Shown piece by piece: positions 12,271 to 27,100 of a stretch of DNA of 64,000 nucleotides. A model generated the notes under the pieces. That model worked only from the letters and a program-made list of their open reading frames with translations. It searched no databases and had not been told where the DNA came from. How positions within the stretch are numbered: the first letter of the stretch is position 1; each line of letters opens with the position of its first letter. Source of the DNA: Antedon mediterranea (taxonomy: Eukaryota; Animalia; Echinodermata); contig NC_092670.1 of the NCBI RefSeq assembly GCF_964355755.1, forward strand, positions 15,362,795 to 15,426,794, read 5' to 3'. A program made the position numbers and the translations under genes.

Positions 12271-13386
12271 CTTTTTTACTGAATATTACTTAAGTACATT
12301 GTGTTGAAAATTGGCGGATGATGTGATCTTGTTTATATTATAAAGAATTAAATTCAAGCTACCTCGTCAACACAGGCCTTGTGCAATAATACGTTCTGAG
12401 AGAATAGTCGGCGAACAATAGAGTATCAGGATTTTAGGCAAAATAAAACAATGAGTTTCGGCTCCAGAATTAACTTTAGTTAATAATCGATGTGGTTTCA
12501 CAAACATGAGAATGATGAAAATCCAATCACTGGTGGTCACACATTGGAACACGACTCCGATACAATTTCGATGGAATTGAACGAATCTAAATAATGGTTT
12601 GAAAATTACCATTATAAAGAAAATTAAAATAATAGTTTTTAAAGTAGGTTTCTTTTCTGGGTAGTATTCTCTTCTGCTCGTCTTTAGAATGGTCTTCCGG
12701 CCACAAGCAATTTTAAAGAGGCGACATCAATCGATATTTACTTAGGTAACATCTTAGGTTCTCTTTGTCGATTTTTAAAATCTGTTTTGATTTTTTTTTT
12801 TTATTGGATAGGATAGTAGATATCGTTTTCACTCTAGCTCCTGTGAATTCTGTTTCGGGCGAGCTCTCATGGGAGCTTCAAGCGGGAGCGATGAAAACGG
12901 TCCCTCTTTCATCCTTTACTGGTGGTTAGTTTATGGACTGTTTTTTGTGTGGAAGCGCTAGTAGGCCTATTATAGGTAGTAGTATCCATGGAGGTATATA
13001 GTTTATCATAGTGTGGTGAGCTAATATAATATATAGACAAACAATTTCAAAATAATAGTGCATAAAATACTCTTGCTTTATCACCTTATAAATTAAATGA
13101 TATTTTTAATAATTGAAGTGGGAATGTTTGCAGGTTGGCAATTCGTTGCTAAACTTGTTTCTGGTCGGTAAACAAATATAAGAATTTTACAAAATGTATG
13201 TAGGCCTATGTCTAGTAATTCATTTTAAATTTAACGTTTAATTTTTTGTAATGCAAAACATTGAGAGATGTCAACAATTAGGAAATTGCTACTGCATTAG
13301 GCCTATCCATCGATGACGCAATAGGCCACACTTTATTTTATGCGCGCATGATCGATCATCGATGATATATCGACAAAAACAAGAAA

Positions 13387-16300
13387 ATGCAGAAGGCGAG
13401 TAGTGTAGAAGAAAGGAGATCAGTAGAAGAACTTATCTCTCTAAAAGAATTACAAAGTTTGATTCGTTATTTTTCTAAAAATGTATATAGAACACGGTGT
13501 ACTATTTCTGAGGTACTGTATGTCACATAAAATAGTCGAAATGATGGAGTAGATAGGCATTTACTTCTAGCCTAAAGCTAAGCCTAGCGTCTGAATGAGC
13601 ATGAAAATACGGCCACTTAACTTGGCTCGAGTTGCCTACTTGATTCCTGAGGCTGGTGGGACGTTGTGATAGGCCTAGCCTAGGCCCTGCATAAGCTCAA
13701 TCTAGGCCGAATAGATTAGTAGTAGGCCTGATTAGTACTACTACTAGTACTATGTCTACATTATAATTTGTGAATGCTTCTGTTTAATTAATTTTTAAGG
13801 TTACAGCATTTGAAGAAAAGTGTTTGATTTTATTTCGAAAAGACTACCATTTTTTTGTGAGTAATCTAAATTTGTATTTAGTAAAATTTAATTATGTGTA
13901 TAATAAAGGCCTATATTATTATTATTACAACTTATATTTATTATTATTATTATATTATATTAGTGTCATATTTAATTACTTATAAAAGTCCCACATTGGT
14001 CATGAAAGTTGAGGTTTAGGTAATTATATCGTTATATCAAAATATCTTGGCACATTTCAAATCAAATCCTGTTTTACTTTATCGTTTTGTTTTAACTCTT
14101 TGCTTATTTTATTTGTCTCCATTCAGATCATAGTTTTTTTTCTTTCAGTAATTTGCCATTTGATTCATAAAAATTATTAGTTATGTTTTTTTTCACCTTT
14201 GAAAAAAAAATATTTAGACTATACCAAATGCGAATGGAGAGTTATGTGGGCAATATCCAAAGAATCTTGTAGTACTGGAGTATGAACACAAGAATCATGC
14301 TGATACAAGCAGGTTTGTATTTCATGTCTTGTTCCTCTTCAGGATTTTTACAGGGGGTTCGTTTTTGTACAAAATGGACAACAATCATTAAAAAAAATCA
14401 ACCCTCGAACAAACCCCTTCCTTCAACCCACACCTTTCATCCCCTCTCTCATTTTGAAATTTAACTTCACATTTACAGTTAAGACTTTTTACTTTTAGTT
14501 GTTCCAAAAAGGGGTCGGCCAATGTCAATATTGAAACCAATGATCTGAAGATCTCTATCCTGTTTAGACCACTAAGTTTGCGCCAATGGCTACTGTACGA
14601 GTAATATCCTGGCAATTATAAACCACTGTATCACATGATAGCAATAGATAGTATATATTTCAATTTGTTGATGACTCAAAATGACTTTTTCTTTTCATAT
14701 CAGAGTTGAAAGTATCTATGATAAAAACAAATTAAGGACTTTATTTTCACAATCAAGTTTTGCGAGGTGCAGAGGGCGCTTTCCAATGCCGGTAATTCTT
14801 TACAATGGAAAGGTTGGTAGTTCAGTGTAATTTTGTCGTTTTTTAATTTATACGCTGGCATCATCCACATCATGCTTCATGGAAGATGGTTAAATTGTTG
14901 GATTTTTTATTTTAAATTTACAATTATAATTCGTTGAAATCTTTTTGTTTTTTTAACAGCACATTTGTCGATCAGCCACACTGTCAGGTGGAGCTGAAAT
15001 GTATGGCAGAACAAGTATGGGGTATTTATCAGGTAATACGCTTTTTTTATGAAACGGAAGACATTTTCATTTCACATGTACGAAGGTTATGGATGGTGTC
15101 CACTTAAGAAATGTGTATGCACATTAAGTTCAATTCCATTGAAAGATGTTTTTTGTGTTTATTGAATTGTTTTAAGTCGGAAACTTTATAATTTCTAAAT
15201 TTCTTTGCTTTAATTATATTTTGGACCTCAATGATAGGGAAAATGCTACTTAATAAATACTGAAAACTTATAATTTCTGAGGTGTCTTAATTGATTAGGT
15301 GTGTGCTGTTGTATTTTCAGTTTTTTCCTTTCTATTTAGTTTCTATTGATAGATATAGAAGGTACAGTAATTACTTTTTACTAACAATTCTTTTATGATT
15401 TCCTTGTTTTATCATTTTAGGTACAAAGGAAGTAGATTTTAGACAAATTGATGATGAAGAAATTCCTGTTAATTACAGTGAACGGTAATTATTTTTAATT
15501 TACCTTTTCGTAAATCTACTTTTAACATGCAATATGCGCACTTTGGTTTGAAATGGCACTTACTTCCTTCATTACAAAATATTTAAAAAATTAATTTAAA
15601 TAACTAAGTAAATAATTTTCTATTAAGCTAAAACACTTTAAAATTGCACCAAAAAAATTCACAATTTTAAAGGTTACACCTAAAAACAACATTTGAAACT
15701 ACACTATTATAATTACACTCTTGAATGAGAACATAGGGAAGTTCAACTGTAATTTGTTTGTTTTACAGCAATGATTGGCCATTGTTTGATAAATACCGAG
15801 GTCAGGATATTAAGTTGTTAAAATTTCTTGAAATTGAAAGTATTTGTGATTTGATGATGGAAAGAAAAAAAGTCAAATTTGGAATGAAGTAAGGTTTTTT
15901 TTAAAAACATTTGTATTGTCCTCAATCAAGTGGTAATTCTTAGGGACTATTAGAGCTGTTTTTAAATCTGTAGGCCATGCTTATATAAAACTCTGTCTAC
16001 ACTATCAAACTTTATGTGACAAAAAATATGATGTGCCCATGGACACAATGTGGACATCGTGTCATATCACTACCATATTTTGGCACATACACTAGTTTGA
16101 TAGTGTAGACAGAGCTTAAGAAATTACTTTGTTAAACACTATCTGATGATGTGAACTTGTAAAGACACTCATGTCTTTTAGCGTCCCTTGTCTTTTAGCG
16201 TCCCACTACACTAGTTATTTCCCAATTGCCCATCAATTTATAATTCAATATTTTCTATGAAAAGGGCAGAATAAAATAGAATAGACATGAGTATGGCTCC

Positions 16301-18673
16301 ATATTTGGAGTTGTCAGATGTTCTGTCCACATTACCTTAACCTTATAATTATTTTTTTCTAAGCCTTATAAATATTTGTTTTTGAAGACATGGGTGTATT
16401 CCATCATTGATGATTTGATTTATATTATGTTTAGTGTAACCTCGTCAGAGAAAGTTGACAAAGAAAAGCGATATCGAGATTTTAAAGTGATGTCAGTGCC
16501 TTATCCTGGTTGCGAGTTCTTCAGGGAATATCGGGAAGCAGGTTTTAGGGCAGAAGACCTTGTCTTTCAGTGGAACCAGGTCAGTGACCCTATTAAGGGG
16601 CCACTTTTTTAGGTCCCAAATAGGGGTTCTACTGTATAATGAGCCAATAGAAGTCAATTAACAACTCTACACATTTTTATTATTATTACTTTTTAACATC
16701 TCAATTTTACATACACCCAAACAGATGAACTAATACTTATAAATTACTTTGCTAATGTATTATCTTTTTTTTTAATAGCCATTTGTTGATGCAACTTTAG
16801 AAATTCCTGAATCTATGCAAGCTAGCATTCCTAAAGACTGGGATCATTATAAGGTATGTAGTACTAAAAGCCTGCAACATACCGGGATTCAATGTATAGG
16901 CCTATGGATCAAGAGCCTATTTACAACGGCTTAGGGCTGGCTCTGGGTCGGCAATAGAAAGCGTAAATATTCCACAAAGTAAGCCTTGGTAGTTTTTGGG
17001 AGACTGCCTTGATAGCAATAAGGTACTGTATTAGCATTTCTGGAGTTATTCATTTATTTTCTGATTTTTATCTTATAGAAATGGGATCTAGTTGACATTA
17101 CAAGAAACTATCTGAAATTATTTTTACATATTATTATGGAAGGTAAGTGCAAAAAAAATATGGTCACAATAGTAAATGGATGTATAGTACCTTTAATGCA
17201 TTTTAATCTTTGTTTTATTCTTTTTCTACAGAAGATAGTGGACTGTTGATTCACTGTATATCTGGTTGGGACAGAACGCCTCTTTTTATAGCTCTTACAA
17301 GAATAGTGTTGTGGGCGGTAAGTAGAGTACATTTGTGGTATTGACCCCTCCCATAAATACCTCACCATTTGGTCAAGAATAGTGTTATGGACGGTAAGTA
17401 CAGTACACTTGTGGTATTCACCCCTTCCATACAGTACCTCACCATTTGGTCAAGAATAGTGTTTTGGGCGGTAAGTAGCTTGTGGTCCTCTTCCTCTCTT
17501 ACCCTTCCCCCACATACATTATATACCTCATCATTTGGTTAGCTATAATAAAAATGTACTTATTGTTATCTGTGAATTGTTTCATATTTTTCAGGGTGGT
17601 TTTGTTCATGTTTCGTTAGGCTGTAATGAAATTTTATATTTGTGTGTAGCATACGACTGGCTTCTATTTGGGTAAATATTAAAATTATTCTTTATTGATA
17701 GATCATCCCTACATACTATCCAAAACATTCAATGCAGAAAATGTGAAATTCGAGTTTATCTAGTAGTTTTAACAAATAAGCTGGACACCTTTTCGAACTA
17801 CTTCCTTTGACCTAAAATTTAAATTGTATAAAATAAACAGAACAGGTATTTTGTTTATTTTAATTTCCAGACATAATCTTCCAGATAGGAACAGCAAAGG
17901 GGAAGTTGTAAGTACTGTACTACAGTATATTTACACAGTTTTATTAAAACTATTTAATATGATTTTTTCAACTTACTTTTTTTCTAATTTCTGCTCTTAA
18001 TTTTCTTTTTTTAGATTTTTTTCTTCTGTTTTAACTACTTGAAGTATTTGGGAACTGACATTTTCAGGTAAGAATAAGTAAAGACTAACAATCCTAACAC
18101 GATTTAGAAAACTGCTTACTGATTATTTATAAAAATTTTCTGAATTGCCAGAATATTTTCCAAACATCTCTTACAAAGGGTTACTGGTCTATGCTGCTAT
18201 TCCTATACCATAGTTACTCTGGCGCTACATCCACGACCTTTGAACTTTTGAAATTTGGGTCCATGATAGACGAGGACTGCATGTTTTGGATGGACCCACC
18301 CAATATTATTAATATTACTTGATGTTACTTTCTTTATGAAAGATATGCTTATATATTTGCTAATCTTTTAGTTTCACTAATAATTTAATACATTATTTGA
18401 AATCTTTGTTCAAAGTAGATTGTGTCCATAAACATTTTTTTCTATTTTGACCTCCATCCACACTTTTCCATTATTATAAATAATCTATTTAATATTTTTA
18501 GCCCAAGCTGTCATTTGAAGACAAGTCCTAGTGAATTTCGTCTTCGGCTTAGCGATGTGAGTAGCAGTTTTAACAAAGTCTACAGTGAGGTAGTGTCACC
18601 AACAGAACTGTCTGCCAGCTTAATAGATTCAATTAAATCAAAGCTAGGATTTAAGGAACCACTTGTAAGGTAG
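13387..18673 (+). CDS. MTMR14: Myotubularin-related protein 14 (Jumpy/EDTP), 15 exons, ~450 aa
   Basis: Exons 13387-13512, 13800-13856, 14218-14312, 14704-14812, 14960-15032, 15421-15484, 15769-15888, 16435-16579, 16779-16853, 17079-17142, 17232-17317, 17595-17671, 17871-17907, 18015-18067 and 18502-18673 splice in frame. Motifs: ARCRGRFPMPVI, HICRSATLS, KKVKFGMNVTSSEKVDK, PYPGCEFF, catalytic HCISGWDRTPLF, YDWLLFGH. Confidence 0.93.
15989..16116. mobile_element. PIF/Harbinger-like MITE (TIR CTCTGTCTACACTATCAAAC)
   Basis: CTCTGTCTACACTATCAAAC ... GTTTGATAGTGTAGACAGAG inverted ends with TAA/TTA-like flanks. Confidence 0.75.
17298..17540. repeat. ~76-77-bp tandem repeat (3 copies) that duplicates the MTMR14 exon-11 splice donor
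   Basis: CAAGAATAGTGTT.TGG.CG|GTAAGTA recurs with the GT at 17318, 17394 and 17471. Confidence 0.85.
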
Positions 18674-18960
18674 GCAGAGATGGAACCGAAGCAGCACTCT
18701 GCCTGGTGCCTGAGCAGGGGTGTCTTGGCTGTTATAGGCAGAGATGGAATCGAAACAGCGCTCTGCCTGGTGCCTGAGCAGAGGTGTCTGGGCTGTTATA
18801 GACAGAGAGGGAATCGAAGCAGCTCTGGCTGGTGCCTAAGCTGGAGGTGTCTGGGCCATTATAGGCATAGATGGAATCGAAGCAGTGCTCTGCCTAGTGC
18901 CTGAGGAGAGGGTGTCTGGGGCATAGGATTACGCAGCTATGCCTGGTGCCTGGCAGTGTC
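18671..18960. repeat. GC-rich ~64-bp minisatellite (4-5 copies) beginning at the MTMR14 stop codon
   Basis: Units start at 18671, 18735, 18799 and 18862 with TAGGCAGAGATGGAA(T/C)CGAAGCAGC.CTCTGCCTGGTGCCTGAG. Confidence 0.88.
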
Positions 18961-21900
18961 AGGGGGAGAATCAATAATTTGGTGCCTTGGTTGTGATTGT
19001 TCCTGGTCCAATGTTACAGAGAGCAATAGCCTAGACCGAGCTTCATAATATCAAACCATCACTTTCAAAGAGTCAATATAGTTTTATTATTTTTTAAAAA
19101 GCATTAAATTATATAATACTGTATTATATATAATTTTTTTAGTAAAAATTTTTATATTTTTAATGGAAATGTACTACCTAATTATGCAAATTTGAAATAA
19201 CGAATTGAATTTTAATATTTGATAATTTTATTCATACTGCCTTGTATCTAGCCAGTGGATTTTGAACAATCATACAAATATAGGAAATTTATTTGCAATA
19301 TGTTTGTCTACCTTATAGATTAGCAAAGCCATCATTGTGCAATACATTTTGGTTTTTTGATTTTCGTTAATCAGTACGCGCATTTTTAGGGCCATATCAC
19401 GTGATGTATAATGGATATTAAACACCTAAATTTATGTAGATTTCGTCCATACTATCTCTATCTGTCAAATAAAAATGTTATTTTCGTTGAATCACATTTT
19501 AAGACCGTGACATGCACCCATTATACGTGACAGTAGAAAAAGAGTAGAAACGGCCTAGTGAACACCCCTATTAAAGCGACATTTTTTTGTTCCCGAAGCT
19601 GTCTTCTTAGTAGGGGCTATACTGTATTTTATATATTGTATAATTTTTTTGTAAATTTTGCTTTTTATTTTAGTATCTTGTATACATGTGTATATTTTTA
19701 ATATTGAAAAGTTAGGTAGAGAATTTTGTTTCACATTTTATATAATTATATAAATTATGAGAAGATATTAAATACCATGTGCAGGTATAATATAAATATG
19801 AAAAGTGAATATTGTATGAATATGTATTTACTTATACAAAATAAGCAGTATCTTCATAACGATGACGATGAACGACAGAAACGTTACTTTATCGTCTCTG
19901 CGCATGTCAACAAACCAATCAGTTTTGTAAAATACTCCCAATCTGATACGAGTTACACTGCCTGCGCAATAAAATTTTGCGCAATAATCAGCTTTTGTTA
20001 ATCCTGTTTTCCATTATTCAAATTACATGCGAATGGAAAGTGTTGATTAATACGCATACGCATTGCTGTTTTCATCTACGTAATGTTCCGTGGTGTTACG
20101 ATGGTTATACATTCTGTCAACGCGTGTTTAAATCAACATGCCAGCAATTCGATGAATTACACTGCAGATAAAATTTTAATAAAGTCCGGAGGTCATGTTA
20201 TGTCCACCTCGTGCCAGTCGACATGTGAACGCATATTACATGTTACACGGATGGTAACATATTTCATAATTTTAGCCAATGGTATTTAACGTCCACACTT
20301 CTTTTGTTTGTTCACTTTATTTCAGAATAAATATTCTATATATACTATAATATCGGAACAAATAGTTCGTGGTACACATAACCAGATCGTTTTCCTATCG
20401 CATTTATACTTCAGTGAACAGTGGTCCTGAGCAATCTATTATTAGTGAGGGAATTTAATTGTTTACAGATATTATATGATAGAAAAAGCGCAGAATAGTG
20501 TATCGGCAACCGTGCACTAAGCACTGATGCAAGGTGGAAGAAATTGACGATTAATTAGGCCTATAACTTCAAAACGTAGGCCCAAAGTCTTGTCTTCTTC
20601 TCATAATCGTAAGACTGCCGTAAACCAGCAAGAATTATCGCTAGTAGGCCTACTGTACAGAGAAGTATCTCAGTAATATGTAAATATATTTTGTAGCATT
20701 GAATAATCACGACTTTCAATGATTGATGTAAAATTCCTTTTTTATATAATAAAAGTCATCGAAAACAAAAAATGTAATTTTGGAGATCATATCGTTTGGT
20801 GATTGCTTCTGTAGGCATAATAACAAGATAATCATAATCAGTTTCTTTCTCAAAAGGAATTTAAACACGTGACCAGAAAAAAATGAATTTTAAAGCGGGT
20901 TAAGGCGGACATAGGCCTACTTAACTGGAGGGTTCTATAAAGTGACGAATCTATATATAAATTTACGTAAGGGCAAAATTCGGTAAATCGCGCCTTACTT
21001 CTATAATGTTTACTCGATGGTATATAAAGTTGGTTCGTACTTTCGGTACTGATTTTAACCACCTGATGTAACCCTTTTTACTAATTAAATTGAGTCAGAT
21101 AATTAGTTATTGACAATTAAAACGAATTTAGGTTCAACGATTTGCCCCAAATAGGGATGTTTTCCGATCGTGGTATACACTGTCTAATACATGTCCATTG
21201 TGAAAAATACCCGCATACAATAATACGAGGATGCTTCGCATTTTCCTATCTCCTCCTAAGATAACTGTTTTTAATGACTGAAAACCGGTTGAACAGCTCG
21301 AGTACATCATCATAATGTTGAAGACAGGCCGATTTTCTTTAAAAAATACTATTTTGATAGATTTAATATACGTTTATAGAAATGTATTGATTTGCAATGA
21401 ATGGAACATTCCAAATTATTGCATACCTCCATGGTTTAACACAAGTAGGTAAATTTATAGACCCTTGGAGAATAAACAGAAATAGTATTGTAATGCTATA
21501 CAATACTGGAAATAGGTATTAACCACTTTTGATTGCCATTTGAATCAAAAGTGTGTTGGTACTGTTAGAATATAAACAAATATACTAATAAACGTTATCA
21601 CTGTGAGTGTGGGTAGCTCCTACTTTTAGATTATAAACACATAATATACTTTATTACTGTCAGTTGTTTCTCAACGTTTGTATTAATTAATAATTACAAA
21701 AATATAAACGTATTAGTGGTCTTTAAATGTATTTTACTATTTCAATCGACCATGAGACAGTGACAGTTTTAATAAATTATTAAATCGGAAATGTTTTACT
21801 CTATTTAGTGGTATATTATTTATAGGCCTATAAAAAAAATATTTCGTTACTGATTGGATAATAAAGAAATATAAAAAATAATTTAACAAAATTGGGTTTG

Positions 21901-24125
21901 CTTAAATGAGTTCAAATAACAAATTTCGACTCATTTTGTGACAAGTTTCTAGGTGCTAATTTTGGTTGACTACATAAATAATTGTGTCTATTTATTTGTT
22001 TCTGTAAACGACAATGTTTTATAGTCCTACCGTACGTACATTTGAAATCGCCAGTTTTTTTACGCTGAAATTACTATGTATTCGAGAACCATCTGTGGGC
22101 ACGAACTAGATGGTACGCGAGCGAAGCGAGCGTACCATCTAGTACTGTAAATTAAACTCAAAACTATTTTATCAATCAAGGGTTATCTTATGTAAATCGT
22201 CCGTTACGTATTAAAGAGCCATCACATAACATGTGGCGTGCATGAGATATGCATATCTCATTTGTCAATAAAATAAGGTTACATGTATTTGATAATTATT
22301 AGATAACAATTTAGCTAGATCGAATTGGGTAGACACGATTAATAACACTCACTTGGAGCATGAGAAGGAACCTGACAAGAGAATAAAATCACAATTGCTA
22401 GTAGCTAAATTAAAGGTAAGGACTTAGTTGCCTTGGTACAGAGTTAGGCCTATAATTAGTATTTGAGAAATATTATCTATCAGACCTGGTTATTTACCCG
22501 GGTAAGTTTGTGATGTAACACCAAAGTTAGCGATAATTGGTCTATCAAGCTTAAGTTTATCAGTTTAACTAAGTTGAATTATATAAGTAATGTTTGGTAT
22601 CTTATTCTTGGCCATTTTTGTGTCGTAGAAGGAGGAAAACTATCAACACAATTGTTGACAAATTATTATGCGAATAGAATCCTATTTATTAGGTTATATG
22701 CATTATTATGCAATCAGGCAATTTTAAGCGTTTAAAAAATTGCCAGATTTTTGCACGCGCACTGCGCGTTAAACGTTAATGCGCACTCTTTTTGCCCGAT
22801 TTCTATTTTAATAATATCATCATATTTGATTCACTTTTCAACTCAAAATTGCGTTATAGGAGCACGTCAAAAGTGACAGGCTACGCACGTACTATAAGTT
22901 AACAAAATGGTGAAAATAGGCTAAATTTTAAAATTAATATAATAATATCGTCAGAATGCTGGGGAACACCTATTTTTTATTTCATTTTCTTGAAGTGTAT
23001 GTATCATATTATGTATGATTTATTATCAAATTAAGAGAACAAAAGTTGATTACGGTAAGTCATCATTAATTGCATATTAAATTTTTTCAAAATAATTTTG
23101 ACAATCAAACAAATTATGACATTTTCTTATAGGCCGAAATAACAAACTTAACATTAACTTTCTTTCTTAAGAAGTTCATATATTAACGTTAAAAGTATAT
23201 AGTTTGACAGTGCATCATTTTTTTACATTTTTAAAGATGTCATCATAGTAAAAAATTTTAATTCATTGCGGTATGTAATAATCTATTTCCACCAAAGTGG
23301 TTACTGCATAGTAAATACACGGAGAATTTTTTTAGTCAGTTGTGTATGTATATGGCTCGGTGGTCTGTGCTCGTGTGTATATAGCATTCAAGGTACCGAG
23401 ATCGAGTCTCACCTTGGGAAACGAAATAAGATCTTTTTTTTTATTATCCGTATTGTTTGTTCAAATTTATTTCTTAGTGTATAGATTATACACATGGTTT
23501 ATAATGAAATCTAGATAAAAAGTAACTTATGTCTTTATTATTATGTAACAACAAATGTGGTTTGTGACATTATACATACGCATGTGGATCTTTGATCGGA
23601 TTGTGATACCGGCTATTGTATTCGCGTTAGCAAGGTCCTATCATATATTATAAATAATTAAAGATTCTGAGAAAATCAATCAATCAATATATCTTTTAAA
23701 AATCAATTATCTTTATTTAAATCAATGCATATAGCCTATAATTCGTCATAGTGACGAATTAAATCTAGTTATTATTGGGTGTGCCCAAACACTCGAGCAA
23801 TAGGTCAGACATTTCGTCGACCACCCACAATCCACATGATCGTACATACAACACACTCTCAACCAATCTCATTGGGCCTACACAGTTTCGCAAATGTGAA
23901 CATTCAGCACGTTCCTCTTTTGGACTTACGATTATATCATTGTCCGGCTGAAAAGATGCCCTAAATATTTTCGTAGACATCATGTTGAGATTTGACCTAA
24001 TATATTCTATTAATAAACCTCTTGTTTGTAGAAAATGAAGAAAGAGAATAATACATTTCTATAACAACTTAGTTACTGCAGTAAACTAAATGTTACTTGT
24101 CGTTATCGTTTAAATAGGATACAAA

Positions 24126-27100
24126 ATGGACGCTTATTACGATGACGCAGTGTGGATGATTGTAGTGGGTTTCATAACATCTTTCTTTCTCGCTTTTGCC
24201 GTCGGAGCCAACGATGTGGCCAACTCTTTCGGGACTTCTGTCGGGTCACGAGCACTAACGCTCGGACAAGCTTGTATTCTAGCGTCAATATTTGAAACAC
24301 TAGGAGCTATTCTTATTGGAGCAAAAGTGTCGGACACGATTCGAAAAGGTCTTTTTGATCCAACGTTGTACGAAGATGATCCATTGTTACTGATGGTTGG
24401 TCAGATATCAGCACTTTTAGGTACGTACAGTATGTTTTCTGTTTTGATGAGGTCGACATGAGTGGGACCGTGCTTAAGAGAAACCGTCCACGATTTATGT
24501 AATGTTTACACATTACAGCTCTCTGACTAGATTCAACTAAATTCACTGACATTTCTTTTAAATCTTTCAGCTGCAACTATATGGATATTCATCGCTACTG
24601 CCCTTAAACTGCCAGTGTCTGGAACACATAGCTCCGTGGGCGCGGTACTTGGTTACCATTTGGCGGCATTCGGTGGAAAAGGCGTGGACTGGATTGAGAT
24701 TATTAAAATAAGTAAATATTCAGGGTACTATTGAACTATAAAACGTCTGTCTGTCTACACCAGCAAACTTTAGTTTGAAAACTCAGCCCCGAGTGTTTGC
24801 AAACACACATTTGTTATTGTTTGCTAGTGTACCCTAAGTCATAAACCTCTTAACAAACTAGTTTGCTGAGATTTGTGAAATTCAAATAACAATCTCTGGT
24901 ACGTTTTGCATTTGATCCTCATAGACAAAATGGCAGCTTCTATTAACTAGTCTAGACAGAAATCTTGAACTAGACTTAGGCCTAAATTTAACAAAAGAAG
25001 GTTTTTGAAAATGTGTGAAAATATAACACCAGTTAACAAACTTTGGAAAACTTCAGTTGCAGAAAAATAGTTTGCAGACGTTAAACCATATGCCTTCTTG
25101 ACAAACTAATTAGCATGAGGTGGTTTTTTGTGAACTCATGCTCACTTTCAAATAATAGTCCTACAGATCAGTAATTACTGGAATTGCATCAAAGGCTTTT
25201 TTTTCCAAACAGTGGAAAACTCCGAGTATGCAAACAAAAATATTGTTTTATTTAAGTTTTCATTAGACAGGTTTAACTCGAGGTTATTAGTATTGGCGGA
25301 AGAAACTGATTTTGTAGATGAAGAAACATTTCATTTACCGATCTTTTATAAACGATTGCTTTATTCTTCAAATTTTTCCTTTAGTACTGTCTTGGTTTGT
25401 ATCACCGGTCTTAGCTGGTGCTGTATCAATATTTGTTTTTTGGATCTTTAGAGAAACCGTTATTAAAAAGGTAGGTCTCTTTACCATTTTATTAGACTTT
25501 TCCATCGTCTCTTAGTTATTGTTAGTTGTGTATGTACATACATACATGTTTGGTTTATAATGTTTATTTTATGTAGTTTAAGTTGACTGCACCACTAATA
25601 AAGCTTTTATCGTTAACATTGCCAAAAGTTTCTAAAATGTTTTGCTTCTACGTAGAAGAAAGGCCTACTTTCATTTACTATATAACTAAATATATTATGA
25701 GGTAGATGTTAAGATTAGAAGCTACTGAAAAGTCAATTCAAGTTTCAGCAAGGCCTTTAGGTATTTTGAACAAAAAAACGACATAAAACACGAAGATGTG
25801 TAACACGAAGTGAATAAGGTATCTATCCATCATGAGGAAACATGGAATAGGTACAGCTAATCTATGAACAGATTGTATTGTATTTTATTTATTCTTCTTT
25901 CAGGAAGAACCGCTCGAACCTGGTTTGATATCGATGCCTTTCTGGTATGCAGTTGTAGTTTTCATTAACTTTTTCTCGATATTCATCGACACTGAAGGAG
26001 GTACAACAACTCTTCATAGAATAATCAACACCAACTAAGTCCTGTGAATTTTTTTAGAAGGATGAGATTTATTATTGTTATGCTATGTTAAGCCTAAAGT
26101 CGTGTATGTTACGGAATTTTGATGTTTTTTGTGTTTTTTTTAAATATCTAATGCTATCAAACCAATATTTACTATCCATCATCGCAATGTTAAATACAGT
26201 CATTTAGATCAACAATCTGCAAAAAAATGTGCTTTTGTTTGCAGGAATGGAGGATTTACCGATATGGGCAATTTGTCTAATTAGTTTTGGTATTGGTTTT
26301 GTGATTGGACTTGTAGTTTGGTTTGTATTTGTTCCTATACTACGAAGAAGAATATTAGGTGAGATTACATACATTTATGTTGATGACCATCATTGCAAAT
26401 TACTTAACATTTTGGAGAGGTATGGTCTCAATTAATTGAATATGTATTTTTTTTTTCTTGTAGTAATGATGGCTGAAAATGACGGAATTAAAATACCAGA
26501 AAAAGTAGAAACGAAAGGTAAGATTTCAATGTATGTTTATCAAACGGTTAATTATTTCAGAAGTCAAACATTATTTGTTTGATATATAAAGCGTGTTTCT
26601 AATTGGTGTTATTTTGATATATTGATATTAGAGTTAAGTGGGTTAGACAATCCTGTAATGTTGAGCAGTTATACAAAGACGGACGCAGACAAAAATTACA
26701 CCGGTATGTATTACTATTATAATATTTTGTTTGTCATAATAGGACAACATTATATACATACGCTTGGATAAATATTTTTTGCCATTTTATTGTACAAAAT
26801 CCCTGCCCTCTTTCGAGAAAAAACTAAATAAAAACCGTTTATTCCAAAAATGTGCAACTACTGTATGAGTTTCTTGTCGCGTCCATGTCGAACTATTTGA
26901 GTAACCAAAGAAGAGTTGAATAATAATAATAATAATAACACTAACACTAATAATATAATAATCCTTATAATCTATGTTCGGTTATTGTGTTATAGAAACA
27001 ACAACAGAGTCTGTACAGATAGAATCTGTACAGATAGAATCTGTACAGATAGAGTCTGTCAGTAAATCTATTGAAACTAATCAAAATGGAGAGGCACCTC

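Noticed and set aside
12367-12612. 81-aa minus-strand ORF upstream of CYP copy 2
   Set aside because: No motif or splice support.
18671-18960. 64-bp repeats as a CRISPR array or tandem hammerhead ribozymes (CTGAG.AG and CGAA motifs)
   Set aside because: Eukaryotic context with no unique spacers; the CUGANGA/GAAA core and stems I-III cannot be assembled consistently.
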